Part shown: positions 28,622 through 38,730 of the stretch, piece by piece | Numbering within the stretch: the stretch's first letter is position 1 | Layout: each line of letters opens with the position of its first letter | IMG/VR virus record: IMGVR_UViG_3300045999_010033 | Location: 1 to 64,000 of that record | Length of the DNA stretch: 64,000 nt | Strand: one strand, 5' to 3' | Notes under the pieces: generated by a model | Databases searched by the model: none | What the model was told of the DNA's origin: nothing | What the model saw: only the letters and a program-made list of their open reading frames with translations | Made by a program: the position numbers and the translations under genes

Positions 28622-29524
28622 TTAAATTAAGAAATTGGTAAATACATTGAACTGGTGTGTTATGATTTCATCAGCTTCAATATCTTTGTAAGAGTTTGTT
28701 GTTATAATTTTATTAAAATGTGGAGTAAGTACGTCCAAACCGGCGGAGAAGATACCGTGAGTAACTACCAAATAGATTTGAGCCGTAGGTAATTGTTCAC
28801 GTATTGCTTTAGCCAATTCAATAAAGGTACGTCCTCCATCACAAATATCATCAATGATAACATACTTTAATGGTACATCTGTCTTACTAATCGGTAGATT
28901 CGGTACTTCCGTTTTTATGATTTGCCCCGTCTTTATATCACGGATTTTATTCGCCGTAGCAATTGATTGAACTCCCAATGCTTTAGCTACATCAAATGTT
29001 TTTTTGTATGCGCCGGAATCGGGGCTTATCAAACATAATTCGTCTGGATTAAAGGTTGAGCCTGATATTTTGGATACAGCGAAGTTGATAAATTGATAGT
29101 ATGTATTGGTTGCTTTTTTAAGTCCATTCACACACGCTTCAATTACATCCGAATGTGGATCTAATACCTTAACCCTATCAAAGTCCAAAGAGTTGATAAC
29201 TGGAGAAATAACATCTTTTACATAATTGATTCCACCCTCAACAAATTTTCTATCGGAACGAGCTCCTATAAAGTAAGGAACTGATAAATCAATCTTCATT
29301 GTTTTGTTCAATCCTCTAATTGCTTTCACTCCACAAATAATCAATTCCAAATCGGAAAAGTTATTTAGACGAGATACTATCGTTACATTAGATGTACCAT
29401 GTCGGATTTTATCATGTTCGGAATTGGGAATTTCTAAACTTTGCTGCCCATCGGGGAATTTTGATACCTTATATAAAAGGTTTTCTATTCTATTTGCTGT
29501 GGGATTTGTAAGGTCTAATTTCAT
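28622..29524 (-). CDS. prs: ribose-phosphate pyrophosphokinase family (Prs; Adps-like)
   Basis: FPDGQ, PYFIGARSDR, LDPHS, SPDSGA, IIDDICDGGRTF, VTHGIFS. Confidence 0.92.
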   Translation of the reverse strand: MKLDLTNPTANRIENLLYKVSKFPDGQQSLEIPNSEHDKIRHGTSNVTIVSRLNNFSDLELIICGVKAIRGLNKTMKIDLSVPYFIGARSDRKFVEGGINYVKDVISPVINSLDFDRVKVLDPHSDVIEACVNGLKKATNTYYQFINFAVSKISGSTFNPDELCLISPDSGAYKKTFDVAKALGVQSIATANKIRDIKTGQIIKTEVPNLPISKTDVPLKYVIIDDICDGGRTFIELAKAIREQLPTAQIYLVVTHGIFSAGLDVLTPHFNKIITTNSYKDIEADEIITHQFNVFTNFLI

Positions 29525-29529
29525 AACTT

Positions 29530-29733
29530 TTATTTTTGTTTGTTTTTACCAAGTAATCGAACTCCTGTCACTTCATCGGTCCCAACACACGAAACCGGCA
29601 TGCCATCATCGTAGACAGTGCCTATATTGAACTGGACATTATCTATATCGTATTTGTCCGAAAAATGGTCTTTCAATATTTTTCTAACTTCGGTCGCTGT
29701 TAGTTCGATTGTTATATCTTCTCTGATTTTCAT
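29530..29733 (-). CDS. hypothetical protein
   Basis: Packed ORF. Confidence 0.5.
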   Translation of the reverse strand: MKIREDITIELTATEVRKILKDHFSDKYDIDNVQFNIGTVYDDGMPVSCVGTDEVTGVRLLGKNKQK

Positions 29734-29912
29734 AAACTATCTTTAATTGTATTTATAAGGAATGTAATTAATAACCATATTAAAAGAATAAGGAGTACAC
29801 CAAGAACTGCTATTATAACCATACCTAATACTCTCGGACTAGTTAATCCAAGTATTAAGAGTATTACCATTATAATTGCTGCTAATACGCCGGAGTTTTT
29901 GAGTAGTTTCAT
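29730..29912 (-). CDS. small membrane protein
   Basis: Two hydrophobic segments. Confidence 0.55.
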   Translation of the reverse strand: MKLLKNSGVLAAIIMVILLILGLTSPRVLGMVIIAVLGVLLILLIWLLITFLINTIKDSL

Positions 29913-29918
29913 AATTGT

Positions 29919-31145
29919 TTATTTTTCGTGTTTCAATAAAAAAGTATTTGATATTACTTTGAATGAGATAGTTCTATCTAAACTACGAATCACTACACCC
30001 TCCCTATCAAAGTTTGGATTAAGTACCGATTTAGCATCAGCGTAACTCAACAATTCACTCACATCATTCGGTAAGATAAAGTTTGTATCTAAAACCGGCA
30101 CAGTCTCCAACCCAAAGGTATGTTCCATCGTAGCCATAAACATCGGAAGGCCATAATAGGTTTGGTTATCAATATCAAAGATGTTAAAGAACCTTACGGT
30201 CTGACCTTTTATCTTATATGGATTACCCTGAATACCCTCACCGATTAACTCACCCTGAATGGAAAGGTTCTTACCATAACTCCTAAGTTTGTTTTCCAAG
30301 TCAAGCTCTCTAGCCACCTTCCAAAATGTGTTTTCCGTTTTAGGTCGTTCAATGCCATCATCACACATAACCATACCGGGTACGAATGGTTCAGGTTCAC
30401 TCAATTCCAAATTACGGCTACACACTCCAAACACACCATCTTTGTAATAGAACGTTGCTGAACTACCATCAAGCTTTTCCGTTACATAGAACTGATGCTT
30501 TGATTGTAATCTCCAGCCTTCATATTCTTTTGTTAAGTTTTGTACACGCTCTTCATCGGTCTTTCTAATGAATGATGGGAACAACCCTTTCACTTTGCCG
30601 GATAGTTCGGCCGGTATTGGTGGCTCATATTTAGTGATACCCAACCTTTCAGTTACATCTTCACCGTCTACTATGGTGATAAGTCCTTTATATAATGTAC
30701 TATCTAACATAGTAAGTGGTAACAACAAACCTTGTGAAACCTGTCCACGCAATCGAATCGTTTTCAATCTGAATCCCTCACTACCATCTTTCATTTTCTT
30801 ATATGAAGATTTACGAAGAAACTCAAACTCATCACAAATCGGTAAGAACGAATCAACTTCACAATAAACACAAAGGTCACCCGGCTTATACTCGCCCTTT
30901 TTAGTTACTACCTTCCATCCGCCAACAACGGCAACTTCGATAGCATCCGCACCATCAATCGGTTGGATATCGGTAATCGTTCTTATACTTGCTAACTTCC
31001 TATCGGTCATAATTACGGAATTTTGTTCGTTTACAAATCTATCATTTTCGGTGAATCCGGCTGAATCGTATTCCGGCACATCATCTTCACTCATTGCTTG
31101 TAAGGCCATATCTTGCCATTCTTTCATTTCATCTTTCATATCCAT
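29919..31145 (-). CDS. RNA ligase, DRB0094/Rnl5 family
   Basis: KLASI..IQPIDGADAIE, YCEVDSFLP, LRGQVSQGL, TEKLDGSS, QGELIG, REGVV, FKVISN. Confidence 0.9.
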   Translation of the reverse strand: MDMKDEMKEWQDMALQAMSEDDVPEYDSAGFTENDRFVNEQNSVIMTDRKLASIRTITDIQPIDGADAIEVAVVGGWKVVTKKGEYKPGDLCVYCEVDSFLPICDEFEFLRKSSYKKMKDGSEGFRLKTIRLRGQVSQGLLLPLTMLDSTLYKGLITIVDGEDVTERLGITKYEPPIPAELSGKVKGLFPSFIRKTDEERVQNLTKEYEGWRLQSKHQFYVTEKLDGSSATFYYKDGVFGVCSRNLELSEPEPFVPGMVMCDDGIERPKTENTFWKVARELDLENKLRSYGKNLSIQGELIGEGIQGNPYKIKGQTVRFFNIFDIDNQTYYGLPMFMATMEHTFGLETVPVLDTNFILPNDVSELLSYADAKSVLNPNFDREGVVIRSLDRTISFKVISNTFLLKHEK

Positions 31146-31330
31146 TATTTTATTTTTGAAGCGTTGTTATCTAATGGATGTATTGTGTTGCAATTTTGAC
31201 AACCTATATAAACAATCTGATATTTTTCATTGGTATCATCATCTACTTCGGTTGAAATTTTGTAATCAAACATATCGTTTTGACCACAATTACCACATAT
31301 GATGTGTAATTTAGAATGTGCCATAATAAT

Positions 31331-31681
31331 TTATTTTCCATAACCAACAAAACCAATTTCAAGTTCTTTTACATAACCTTTTTTCACTAGGTGCGGATAT
31401 ACATCATTCAACCAAAAGTTTTGAACTCTATCCAATTCCTTACTTATTTGGGCATGCATTTCATCCATTCCGAATCCAAATCCGAATCCATATCCAGATA
31501 CCGATTTACCGATTTCTTTCAGAGCCGTTTCATCATCATCGTTATACGCTTTATTGATAGCCTGAAATATATTCTCTTTCATTTCACTTGCTACCTTATC
31601 GTTATGTTCATACATTTTATCATTCCACGGCCTCGTAATCTCAATACCATACTGATTACCCAATACTTTTACCTTACTCAT
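31331..31681 (-). CDS. hypothetical protein
   Basis: Packed ORF. Confidence 0.55.
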   Translation of the reverse strand: MSKVKVLGNQYGIEITRPWNDKMYEHNDKVASEMKENIFQAINKAYNDDDETALKEIGKSVSGYGFGFGFGMDEMHAQISKELDRVQNFWLNDVYPHLVKKGYVKELEIGFVGYGK

Positions 31682-31692
31682 ATTTTTATATT

Positions 31693-32520
31693 TTATTTTT
31701 CGTAAACACTAAATGTACTATTCATAGGAATGATGAACGGATTGTTAGCCGTATCAATTTTGTTGCGAACCTTTTTGAATTTCAGTCCAACAATAACACC
31801 CGGCTCATCAATGTATCTCATATCGTATTCATCGCCATCAATTACTTTGTAACCCATAAATGTGGAAGGGAGTCGTTTACCTTCAAACACCATAGCTACA
31901 CGCCCTTTCCTTTCACTCAACAATCTTTCACAATCAATCATATTGTATCCGCTGAACGAATATGTGAGGTCATAGTTCGAATATTGATTTAACAAACGAA
32001 AACGTTTAGCCACCTTTGTATAATCATAAAAGGTAACGTTAGAAAACCACTCCAATATATTCTTACCATCCAATTTGAAAGATTGAGGGTCAATATCAGA
32101 TGTACCATTTATCCTTACCGAAAAACGATACCCAAGTGTATTGGCTTCCAAATGTGCTTTGGTGATTTCGGTAACCAACCATTTCATAAAAAACTCACGA
32201 TGTTCAAAGAACAATTTTGTTTTAGCGATACGAGATTTATTGATACGATTTTCTTTCACATCAATACGATTGTGACCAGATTCGGCCAAACACGCATCAC
32301 GACATTCTTTCGTACTCATTGGACACACATTGTATCCACTCACAGACGCGGGAGCAAGATACAGAATATAGGTACGTTCATTGTACTTTAATCCTTTAGC
32401 GATTTTAGATGAAGATGCTACTGAACCAAGATAGGAAAGGGCAGTCAGTTTTTTAGCTTGAGAAATGTTTGTAAATACCATATTCATAATGTGTGATTTT
32501 TTAGACATAGTGGGTCTCAT
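31693..32520 (-). CDS. phage GP88-like protein
   Basis: LYLAP..G.NVCP..CL..SG, VRINGTSDI, FYDYTK, DGDEYDMRY. Confidence 0.8.
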   Translation of the reverse strand: MRPTMSKKSHIMNMVFTNISQAKKLTALSYLGSVASSSKIAKGLKYNERTYILYLAPASVSGYNVCPMSTKECRDACLAESGHNRIDVKENRINKSRIAKTKLFFEHREFFMKWLVTEITKAHLEANTLGYRFSVRINGTSDIDPQSFKLDGKNILEWFSNVTFYDYTKVAKRFRLLNQYSNYDLTYSFSGYNMIDCERLLSERKGRVAMVFEGKRLPSTFMGYKVIDGDEYDMRYIDEPGVIVGLKFKKVRNKIDTANNPFIIPMNSTFSVYEK

Positions 32521-32549
32521 TGTGTGTTACCACACAAAGTTAGGGCATT
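32495..32549. repeat. 55-bp promoter/leader duplication, copy 1
   Basis: 53/55 identical to 48935-48989. Confidence 0.95.
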
Positions 32550-32645
32550 TTGGGGACATTTCAATGGGCGTTTTGTTAAAAGTTTTCGAAATTTTTGGGG
32601 ATTTTGTTAGAAATTATCAAATAGCCATTGATAATCAACGTGTTA
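32520..32645 (-). promoter_or_regulatory. P2: promoter + hairpin + IHF-consensus site
   Basis: TAACTTTG 32535-42, ATTG 19 nt upstream; TTGTGTG-GTAA-CACACAA; AATCAACGTGTTA at 32633. Confidence 0.85.
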
Positions 32646-32756
32646 TAACTGGTTGATTTTGGGGAAAATAGGATTTTTATTGAGAATCAATTGATTACAT
32701 ATGTAAAAATACTATAATAAAAAACGGATGAGCATTTACGCCCATCCGTCACATAG

Positions 32757-32990
32757 TTAGTTTTCGATCTGTTCATCTTTTGAGAATAATTCCTCATGGT
32801 ATTTTTTAAATGAATCTCTTTTATTCAAAGGATGATCATCGTGCCATTCACCAATTTCTCTATGTTCCATCTTTACAACATGGGGTGATATACAATAATT
32901 CGGATAACGTTGATTTTCTATCACTACGGGAATATCATCGCCCACTTCATCGAAATCCACAATCATAAGTTCAACCTTGTAAACTCTCAT
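32757..32990 (-). CDS. hypothetical protein
   Basis: Packed ORF; EWHDDHPLN motif. Confidence 0.6.
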   Translation of the reverse strand: MRVYKVELMIVDFDEVGDDIPVVIENQRYPNYCISPHVVKMEHREIGEWHDDHPLNKRDSFKKYHEELFSKDEQIEN

Positions 32991-33005
32991 AATTTATATT
33001 TTTAA

Positions 33006-33503
33006 TTAAACGTTTTGTTCTAGCTCATCAATGTAATTATCCCAACGTTTCAATTCAGCCACTTTTTTTATTCTACAATTTTTCAAATAATTGTTTATGT
33101 ATCCGATAATGTTACCAGCTCCAATCGGATTGGCGGAATGAACATAAATATCTGGGATGGGAATACCAGTATCCATACTATATTTAACCAACCACTTTGC
33201 GCAATCGTATCCGGTCTTTTCAATTATGTTATCGTAATCAATTTTGTAATTATCTTTCACGTTTCTATAATATTCCAAAATAGCGGATTCACCCAAATCG
33301 TGGTCAAAAGAAATCCTTTCAATATTTTCCAAACCATACTGATGTACTGCCATACAAAATTCATCATAACTACGAACAACAATCCAATTTTGATCCATTG
33401 GTGTTCTCATATCATCAAGATATAACCAAAATGTTTTTTTCATATAACTGTTTTTATTTTTACATATGAAACTCCAACTCCGCAGTATCAAAGTTGTAGT
33501 CAA
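33006..33503 (-). CDS. cyclic-phosphate-processing receiver-like domain protein
   Basis: LYLDDMR.P, ISFDHDLG, TGYDCAKW, VHSANPIG. Confidence 0.8.
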   Translation of the reverse strand: MTTTLILRSWSFICKNKNSYMKKTFWLYLDDMRTPMDQNWIVVRSYDEFCMAVHQYGLENIERISFDHDLGESAILEYYRNVKDNYKIDYDNIIEKTGYDCAKWLVKYSMDTGIPIPDIYVHSANPIGAGNIIGYINNYLKNCRIKKVAELKRWDNYIDELEQNV

Positions 33504-34245
33504 AATTTATCGGAGGATTAACACATTCGTATCTGATATTAAGATTACTTGAATTGAACGTTTGGCAATCGTACCAATCTTTCAGTCCGATTACTTTGTG
33601 CCCCATGCCCTCATGAATATGTCCACAAAAATGTAAATGGGGTTTCACTTCACGCACTCTATGATAAAGATCGGCGCATCCAACATTTTCATTCGTGTTC
33701 AATGTTCGGTCGTTGTATCCATACATCGGAGTATGTGTTATGAGTATGTGAGTATCCATAGGAATCAAATTCCAATGTTCATTCATATCATATCCTCTAT
33801 CCGAATTAAATCCCCATCCACTTCCGAAGCTTGGTGAGTATGGAGAGCCCCATATGTTTATTCCTTCAATACAAACTGAACTATTTTCTAAATAGTGTAC
33901 ACCATTTTTCAGATTACCGAGTAATGTTTTTAACCAATGCGGCTTATCATGTTGAGCAAGTTTAACCCATTCAGTATTGTATCCATTGAATATGTGTCTA
34001 TCAATCCATTCCGACTTAACACGAAACTTTCTTTCACTATCGAACACAATGTCGTGATTACCGGCTATGAATACTTTGTATTTGTATGGTTGGTCGGATA
34101 ACCAACCGATGAAATCTTCTACTTCATCTTTTCTACCGATACTAGTGAAGTCGCCGGAATGAATAAGTATATCGCCACCGGGCAACGTCAACTCACGATG
34201 ATATGTGTGAGTATCGGATATTGCTGTTATGCGAAACTTTTTCAT
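33460..34245 (-). CDS. calcineurin-like metallophosphoesterase
   Basis: SDTH, HSGD, AGNHD, ITHTP, GHIHE. Confidence 0.9.
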   Translation of the reverse strand: MKKFRITAISDTHTYHRELTLPGGDILIHSGDFTSIGRKDEVEDFIGWLSDQPYKYKVFIAGNHDIVFDSERKFRVKSEWIDRHIFNGYNTEWVKLAQHDKPHWLKTLLGNLKNGVHYLENSSVCIEGINIWGSPYSPSFGSGWGFNSDRGYDMNEHWNLIPMDTHILITHTPMYGYNDRTLNTNENVGCADLYHRVREVKPHLHFCGHIHEGMGHKVIGLKDWYDCQTFNSSNLNIRYECVNPPINFDYNFDTAELEFHM

Positions 34246-34371
34246 AATTTATAATTTCATTAAATGATTTCACTCATAAATATACATTTAATTTATAGTG
34301 TTACCAAACTTGTCTAAATAAAAAAAGCAGGGAAGCCGAAGCCTCCCTGCGTATATGAATCACCAAACCTA

Positions 34372-35667
34372 TTACCAAGTAATAACCGTATCATCGGCCT
34401 GCTCTTCGGTAAAGAGAGCCTCTTCTTTTTGTTCAGCCTCTTCCGTCTTGATGTACTTCTGAATGAGCTGTTTCATAAACACACGCTCACTATCGAGTCC
34501 ACCATCGTTACTGAAGTATGGAAGGATTGCGATTTCAGCCGCCTCCATAAGAGAGAAGCCATCGTAAATCAAACCAGCTGCCTCCACATTCACACGCGAA
34601 GAAACGATAGTCGATACTTTACTCATATCGGTCTTAATCATTTCACGAGTGGTGCTAGCGATTTCAGCGAGAGCGTTCAGAGAATACTCATCGGCTTCAG
34701 GGAATTTGAACTTCAAAAGAGCAAGTTCGTTTTCCTTATCCAACAGGTCCATCTCAATCGTAACGAAACGGTCCATAATGGCACGGTCCATAATACGAGT
34801 CGAGGTGTATTCGTTACCGATGTTAGCGGTAGCGATGAAGGTAACACCATTAGCAACTTTGATAACCGGTGAACCTTCTGCCTCATCAAGACGAAGATAA
34901 CGCTGACCGGAATCAAGAACCGTCATAAGGATGTTCCACGCTTCGGGGTGAGCACGGCTAATCTCGTCAAGCAGGATGATTGCGTTCGGAGTGCTGATAG
35001 CCTTCACAAAGGCGGATTCGCTGAAGAACGTTCCATTCTCTTTGTTGAAGTGCGTATTACCTACAAGTGTTGCGCGTGGGTCCTGCGTAGCACCAAGGTT
35101 GAAATAAAAATCGGGACGTTTCAGAGAACGAACCAATGATTGAGCTGCAAGTGTCTTACCACAACCGGTAGGTCCGACCATCATAATGTTCTTACCACGA
35201 ACGGCAGAACGAATAAGATACTTCCATTTCAATTCGGTAATGAAAAGACCGGCGGGTTTAAGTTCCTTACCGGCTTCATGGATGAACTGCTTCAACTGCT
35301 CATGCGTTTCAAACGCCTCACTCACGGAGTTAACTTCGTTTTCCTGAATAGAAACTGCGGCACGTTTGAACTCATCCATATCAACAAGTTTGTAAGCAAT
35401 CTTGCCACTCGCTGTAACGTACCCACGAAGTGCCTTGCCTTCATCATGTGCTTGCTTCATTTTGGCTTTGGAAATACCGGGCACTTTAGCGGCAGGTTTA
35501 CCATTGGTATTCATCAACGCAAACGATTCTCCGAACTCAACGACCTGATAGAAATCATTCGTGTACTCAATCGATTTTTTAGCAGTTACACGCTTAGTGG
35601 TTGAACGCTTAACACTCTTTGCTGCAGTTTTACGAGATGCAGTGCTACGATTTTTTCTGATTGCCAT
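34372..35667 (-). CDS. MoxR/CbbQ-NirQ-type AAA+ ATPase
   Basis: GPTGCGKT, LLDEISR, IATANIG, DRAIMDRF. Confidence 0.9.
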   Translation of the reverse strand: MAIRKNRSTASRKTAAKSVKRSTTKRVTAKKSIEYTNDFYQVVEFGESFALMNTNGKPAAKVPGISKAKMKQAHDEGKALRGYVTASGKIAYKLVDMDEFKRAAVSIQENEVNSVSEAFETHEQLKQFIHEAGKELKPAGLFITELKWKYLIRSAVRGKNIMMVGPTGCGKTLAAQSLVRSLKRPDFYFNLGATQDPRATLVGNTHFNKENGTFFSESAFVKAISTPNAIILLDEISRAHPEAWNILMTVLDSGQRYLRLDEAEGSPVIKVANGVTFIATANIGNEYTSTRIMDRAIMDRFVTIEMDLLDKENELALLKFKFPEADEYSLNALAEIASTTREMIKTDMSKVSTIVSSRVNVEAAGLIYDGFSLMEAAEIAILPYFSNDGGLDSERVFMKQLIQKYIKTEEAEQKEEALFTEEQADDTVITW

Positions 35668-35709
35668 AAAATAACTGTTTATTGGTTGGTGATTATAATT
35701 TTATTTATA

Positions 35710-37863
35710 TTATTTTTTAAGAAACATTTCATTCATTGTCTTTGCTACTTCAAACATATTTTCAACGTTCACAAATTTAGCACCATCGCTGTAGGAACGT
35801 TTGAATATATCCCAATCTTCACTTGATTCAAATCGAGATGAGCGAATATCAGTGATGAAGTAGGATAGTACTTGAATACCCATTTCCCCCATACGCTTTA
35901 CTTGCTCGCGAGTGTGTACTGCCGCAGTATTACCTCCATAGTTCAGTTGGTTTTCACCATTGGAAATACTAAAGCAAGGTTGTCCATCGGAGAAATTCAG
36001 AAAATAACTATCCATATCATTCGATTGTGGAATAAGATACTTTTGAATCGCCTCAAAACAAAGTCCTTCCGGCGTAGTTCCATGTGGACGAAGAATTGAC
36101 ATGTACTTACAAAGCTTTTTCAAGCTATCGTAACGGCTATTGTATACCATACATACCCACGGCAATTCGGGGCTACCCGATGTAGTACGAATGGATATTT
36201 GTACATCAATGTTTCTAGCCATAATACATGCTTTGGCAATGGCGACAACTGCGGTGACGGTACGACGCATTTTTTCTCCCTGCATTGAGCCGGAGTAGTC
36301 AATTGATATGTGTAAGTTCACTTTTTTGTATTGGTCAATATGATGATTGAAAAATACACTCTCATTATCATACCCCAATGATGCAATCATACGTTTATCA
36401 ATCCTACCACTTTTAAGGCGACTGAATATAGTCTCACGGCTTTCGGCACGAACTTGTAGTTTCTTACCGAGTAATGTACCGAGTTGAATACCACGTTGAA
36501 CTTCTGCTTCATACTTTTTGTGAATCGCACCATCATACCCACGTGTTGAACATGGGAAATCTGAAGATTCAATCATATTATCGGTAAGACGTTTCACTAC
36601 GATACAATCTACACCTTTACCAACAATACGACCATCTTCGGTCAACTTCATACCAACTTTGGTCAGTTCGGTATCCGATTCTTCGATGTTCTCAAGACTT
36701 TTCAGTTCGGTCTTGCTTACATATTTTTTCTTAATTTTCCCATTCAGAAATTCTTTTTGTTTTTGAATCTTCTTTTTGAGTTGTTCAAGTGCTTTGGGGC
36801 TCAGACGAACTTGCTTACCTTTGGTATCACCATCGGATTCAACTACATCATATCCATCCAAATCATCAATAGTTTCACCATCACCACCTTCACCATCACC
36901 TTCACCATCTTCATCTTCTCCTTTTACTTTTTGACCATCTGCTGGTTTTGTATATTTCAACATTTCTGCAGTAACATCAATGGCCAAGCTCAAAGAATCG
37001 GCGGATGATTTGAGTCTACTGATGTTTTTAAGGTCAAGCAGTTGTGCAATCGTGCGAAGACCTTTCAGTTTACTCAAACTCGTTTTCTCATTGAGAAGGT
37101 TTACGATGCGGAACAAATACGAATCAATCGTTTCGTCGGTGAACTCATCGGAATCGATGCCTTTCGTAACAATTTTATCGTTGAAATAATGTTCATACAT
37201 AGATACATAGTAATCACGATACCCCGGCGCAGTTTTGTAAATCCAACTATCAATACGTCGGTCTTCAATCCAATTACTAAGATTCATAATGAATTGATAC
37301 AATTCCTCCGTCAGTTTAGCACGGGTACGAATCTTACCATTCGGATGGAACATCGCGTATTTTTGTTTGGAATACGCTCCACCGTCAAATCTAGGATTTG
37401 ATTGAAACTTGGTCACATTATCTGCCTCACCTTTGTGATCGAGTACCGAATACGCCATTTTGCTATCCGAAAATTCTCTCAACATTTTGAAATCAGAAAG
37501 AACGATATGTGAACCTTCGTGCAGTGCCAAACCCACCGATACATCGAAGTTATCATCAACATCGGCAGAAAGAATAACCTGCTGGCCATCGGTTTTGCTA
37601 TCCGATTTGGTAGCGAACGTTACTGGGATTTTCTTTCCGGTTACAATCTGAACAAAGTTTGCGATTGCTCTACGAACCGAAGCGAGTTTGTAAAGGTTAG
37701 CAGATTTTTTCATAATCTGAACTTCATCCTTTTTGTACCCCCAATCGGTGTACCGGTCATAATAGTCAAATGACCTTTCATAATCATCATACCAATAAGA
37801 TGAAGCATAAGATTTACTCCACTTATCGGTTGCCTTTTGTTTCAGGCGCGTGTAATATCCCAT
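35710..37863 (-). CDS. vWA (CobT/NorD-like) protein with N-terminal HEXXH domain
   Basis: LHEGSH, IEDRRID, acidic linker, MIDAS DYSGSM, GTTPEG, FSDGQP. Confidence 0.87.
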   Translation of the reverse strand: MGYYTRLKQKATDKWSKSYASSYWYDDYERSFDYYDRYTDWGYKKDEVQIMKKSANLYKLASVRRAIANFVQIVTGKKIPVTFATKSDSKTDGQQVILSADVDDNFDVSVGLALHEGSHIVLSDFKMLREFSDSKMAYSVLDHKGEADNVTKFQSNPRFDGGAYSKQKYAMFHPNGKIRTRAKLTEELYQFIMNLSNWIEDRRIDSWIYKTAPGYRDYYVSMYEHYFNDKIVTKGIDSDEFTDETIDSYLFRIVNLLNEKTSLSKLKGLRTIAQLLDLKNISRLKSSADSLSLAIDVTAEMLKYTKPADGQKVKGEDEDGEGDGEGGDGETIDDLDGYDVVESDGDTKGKQVRLSPKALEQLKKKIQKQKEFLNGKIKKKYVSKTELKSLENIEESDTELTKVGMKLTEDGRIVGKGVDCIVVKRLTDNMIESSDFPCSTRGYDGAIHKKYEAEVQRGIQLGTLLGKKLQVRAESRETIFSRLKSGRIDKRMIASLGYDNESVFFNHHIDQYKKVNLHISIDYSGSMQGEKMRRTVTAVVAIAKACIMARNIDVQISIRTTSGSPELPWVCMVYNSRYDSLKKLCKYMSILRPHGTTPEGLCFEAIQKYLIPQSNDMDSYFLNFSDGQPCFSISNGENQLNYGGNTAAVHTREQVKRMGEMGIQVLSYFITDIRSSRFESSEDWDIFKRSYSDGAKFVNVENMFEVAKTMNEMFLKK

Positions 37864-37883
37864 AATTTAATAGATTTTTTTGG

Positions 37884-37975
37884 TTTGTGTGTCGATACAC
37901 AAATTTACGACAATTTTTTCAAATAACAATGGCTTTTTAAAAATATTTTTTAAGGCACTGAGAATCAATGAGTTA
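37884..37975 (-). promoter_or_regulatory. P3: promoter + hairpin + IHF-consensus site
   Basis: TAAATTTG 37900-07; TTTGTGT-ATCGAC-ACACAAA; AATCAATGAGTTA at 37963. Confidence 0.8.
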
Positions 37976-38025
37976 TGTATATAACCCTGATGTAATGTAT
38001 AACTCGTTGATTTCCAATAAGCGGG

Positions 38026-38214
38026 TTATAGTGTGAAGTCCTCGTCGGAATCCACACCTTTTACCTTCATAGTTTTTTGAGGACGATTTCCAATCACTGT
38101 AATTTTTGTTGTTGGTGTAGAATTTGTTTTGTTACGCGTGTTGATGATATCTTTCAATTCAAGAATTTCTTTTTTGATTTCATCTAACAATTCTAAAACT
38201 CTTTGTTCGTTCAT
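38026..38214 (-). CDS. hypothetical protein
   Basis: Packed ORF. Confidence 0.5.
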   Translation of the reverse strand: MNEQRVLELLDEIKKEILELKDIINTRNKTNSTPTTKITVIGNRPQKTMKVKGVDSDEDFTL

Positions 38215-38729
38215 TTTGTATCGTTTAATTCGTTTAAGATGGAAATGATAAATTCGTAACCTTTGTTCACTTCATCTGCCCAATCATCTTTAATATCATT
38301 CCGAATGATTTTAGCCAAATGTCTTACATTACTACTATCTCCAAAATCGTACATACGTCCAGATCCGATTACTTTGCTCTTCATCATCTGCCCTCCCATC
38401 AATATCGCCATATAGTTTAAGTATATGTGTGGTTGCGCAGATTTGTAGTCCAAGCCACGTAGATAATCACAATACAATCTTGCGTTCGGCCCCAGTGTAG
38501 TGATATCAATAACACCAAGTTCTGTCAAATCATCCAATATCAAATCCGCTCTGAATAAATCAGTACGTGGTAGTCCGAATTTAGACTCGATTGTATCAAA
38601 TATATTGTATTGTACCGTCAGATATCGACCATACTCTTCGTGAGTCAATTCACCTCGCATTAACCTTTGATTGAATGGAACGGATTCTGCCTCTTTATGT
38701 TTGGCCGTAGTTGCTTCTCTTAAATTCAT
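38211..38729 (-). CDS. heme oxygenase (biliverdin-producing family)
   Basis: LREAT..KHKEAE (proximal His), EY..YL..Y, R...I.DDL, YLNYMAILMGGQM distal helix. Confidence 0.82.
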   Translation of the reverse strand: MNLREATTAKHKEAESVPFNQRLMRGELTHEEYGRYLTVQYNIFDTIESKFGLPRTDLFRADLILDDLTELGVIDITTLGPNARLYCDYLRGLDYKSAQPHIYLNYMAILMGGQMMKSKVIGSGRMYDFGDSSNVRHLAKIIRNDIKDDWADEVNKGYEFIISILNELNDTK

Positions 38730-38730
38730 A

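Noticed and set aside
27105-29524. NARP2 (Nampt + Nmnat)
   Set aside because: No adenylyltransferase gene in the window; the partner is Prs-like
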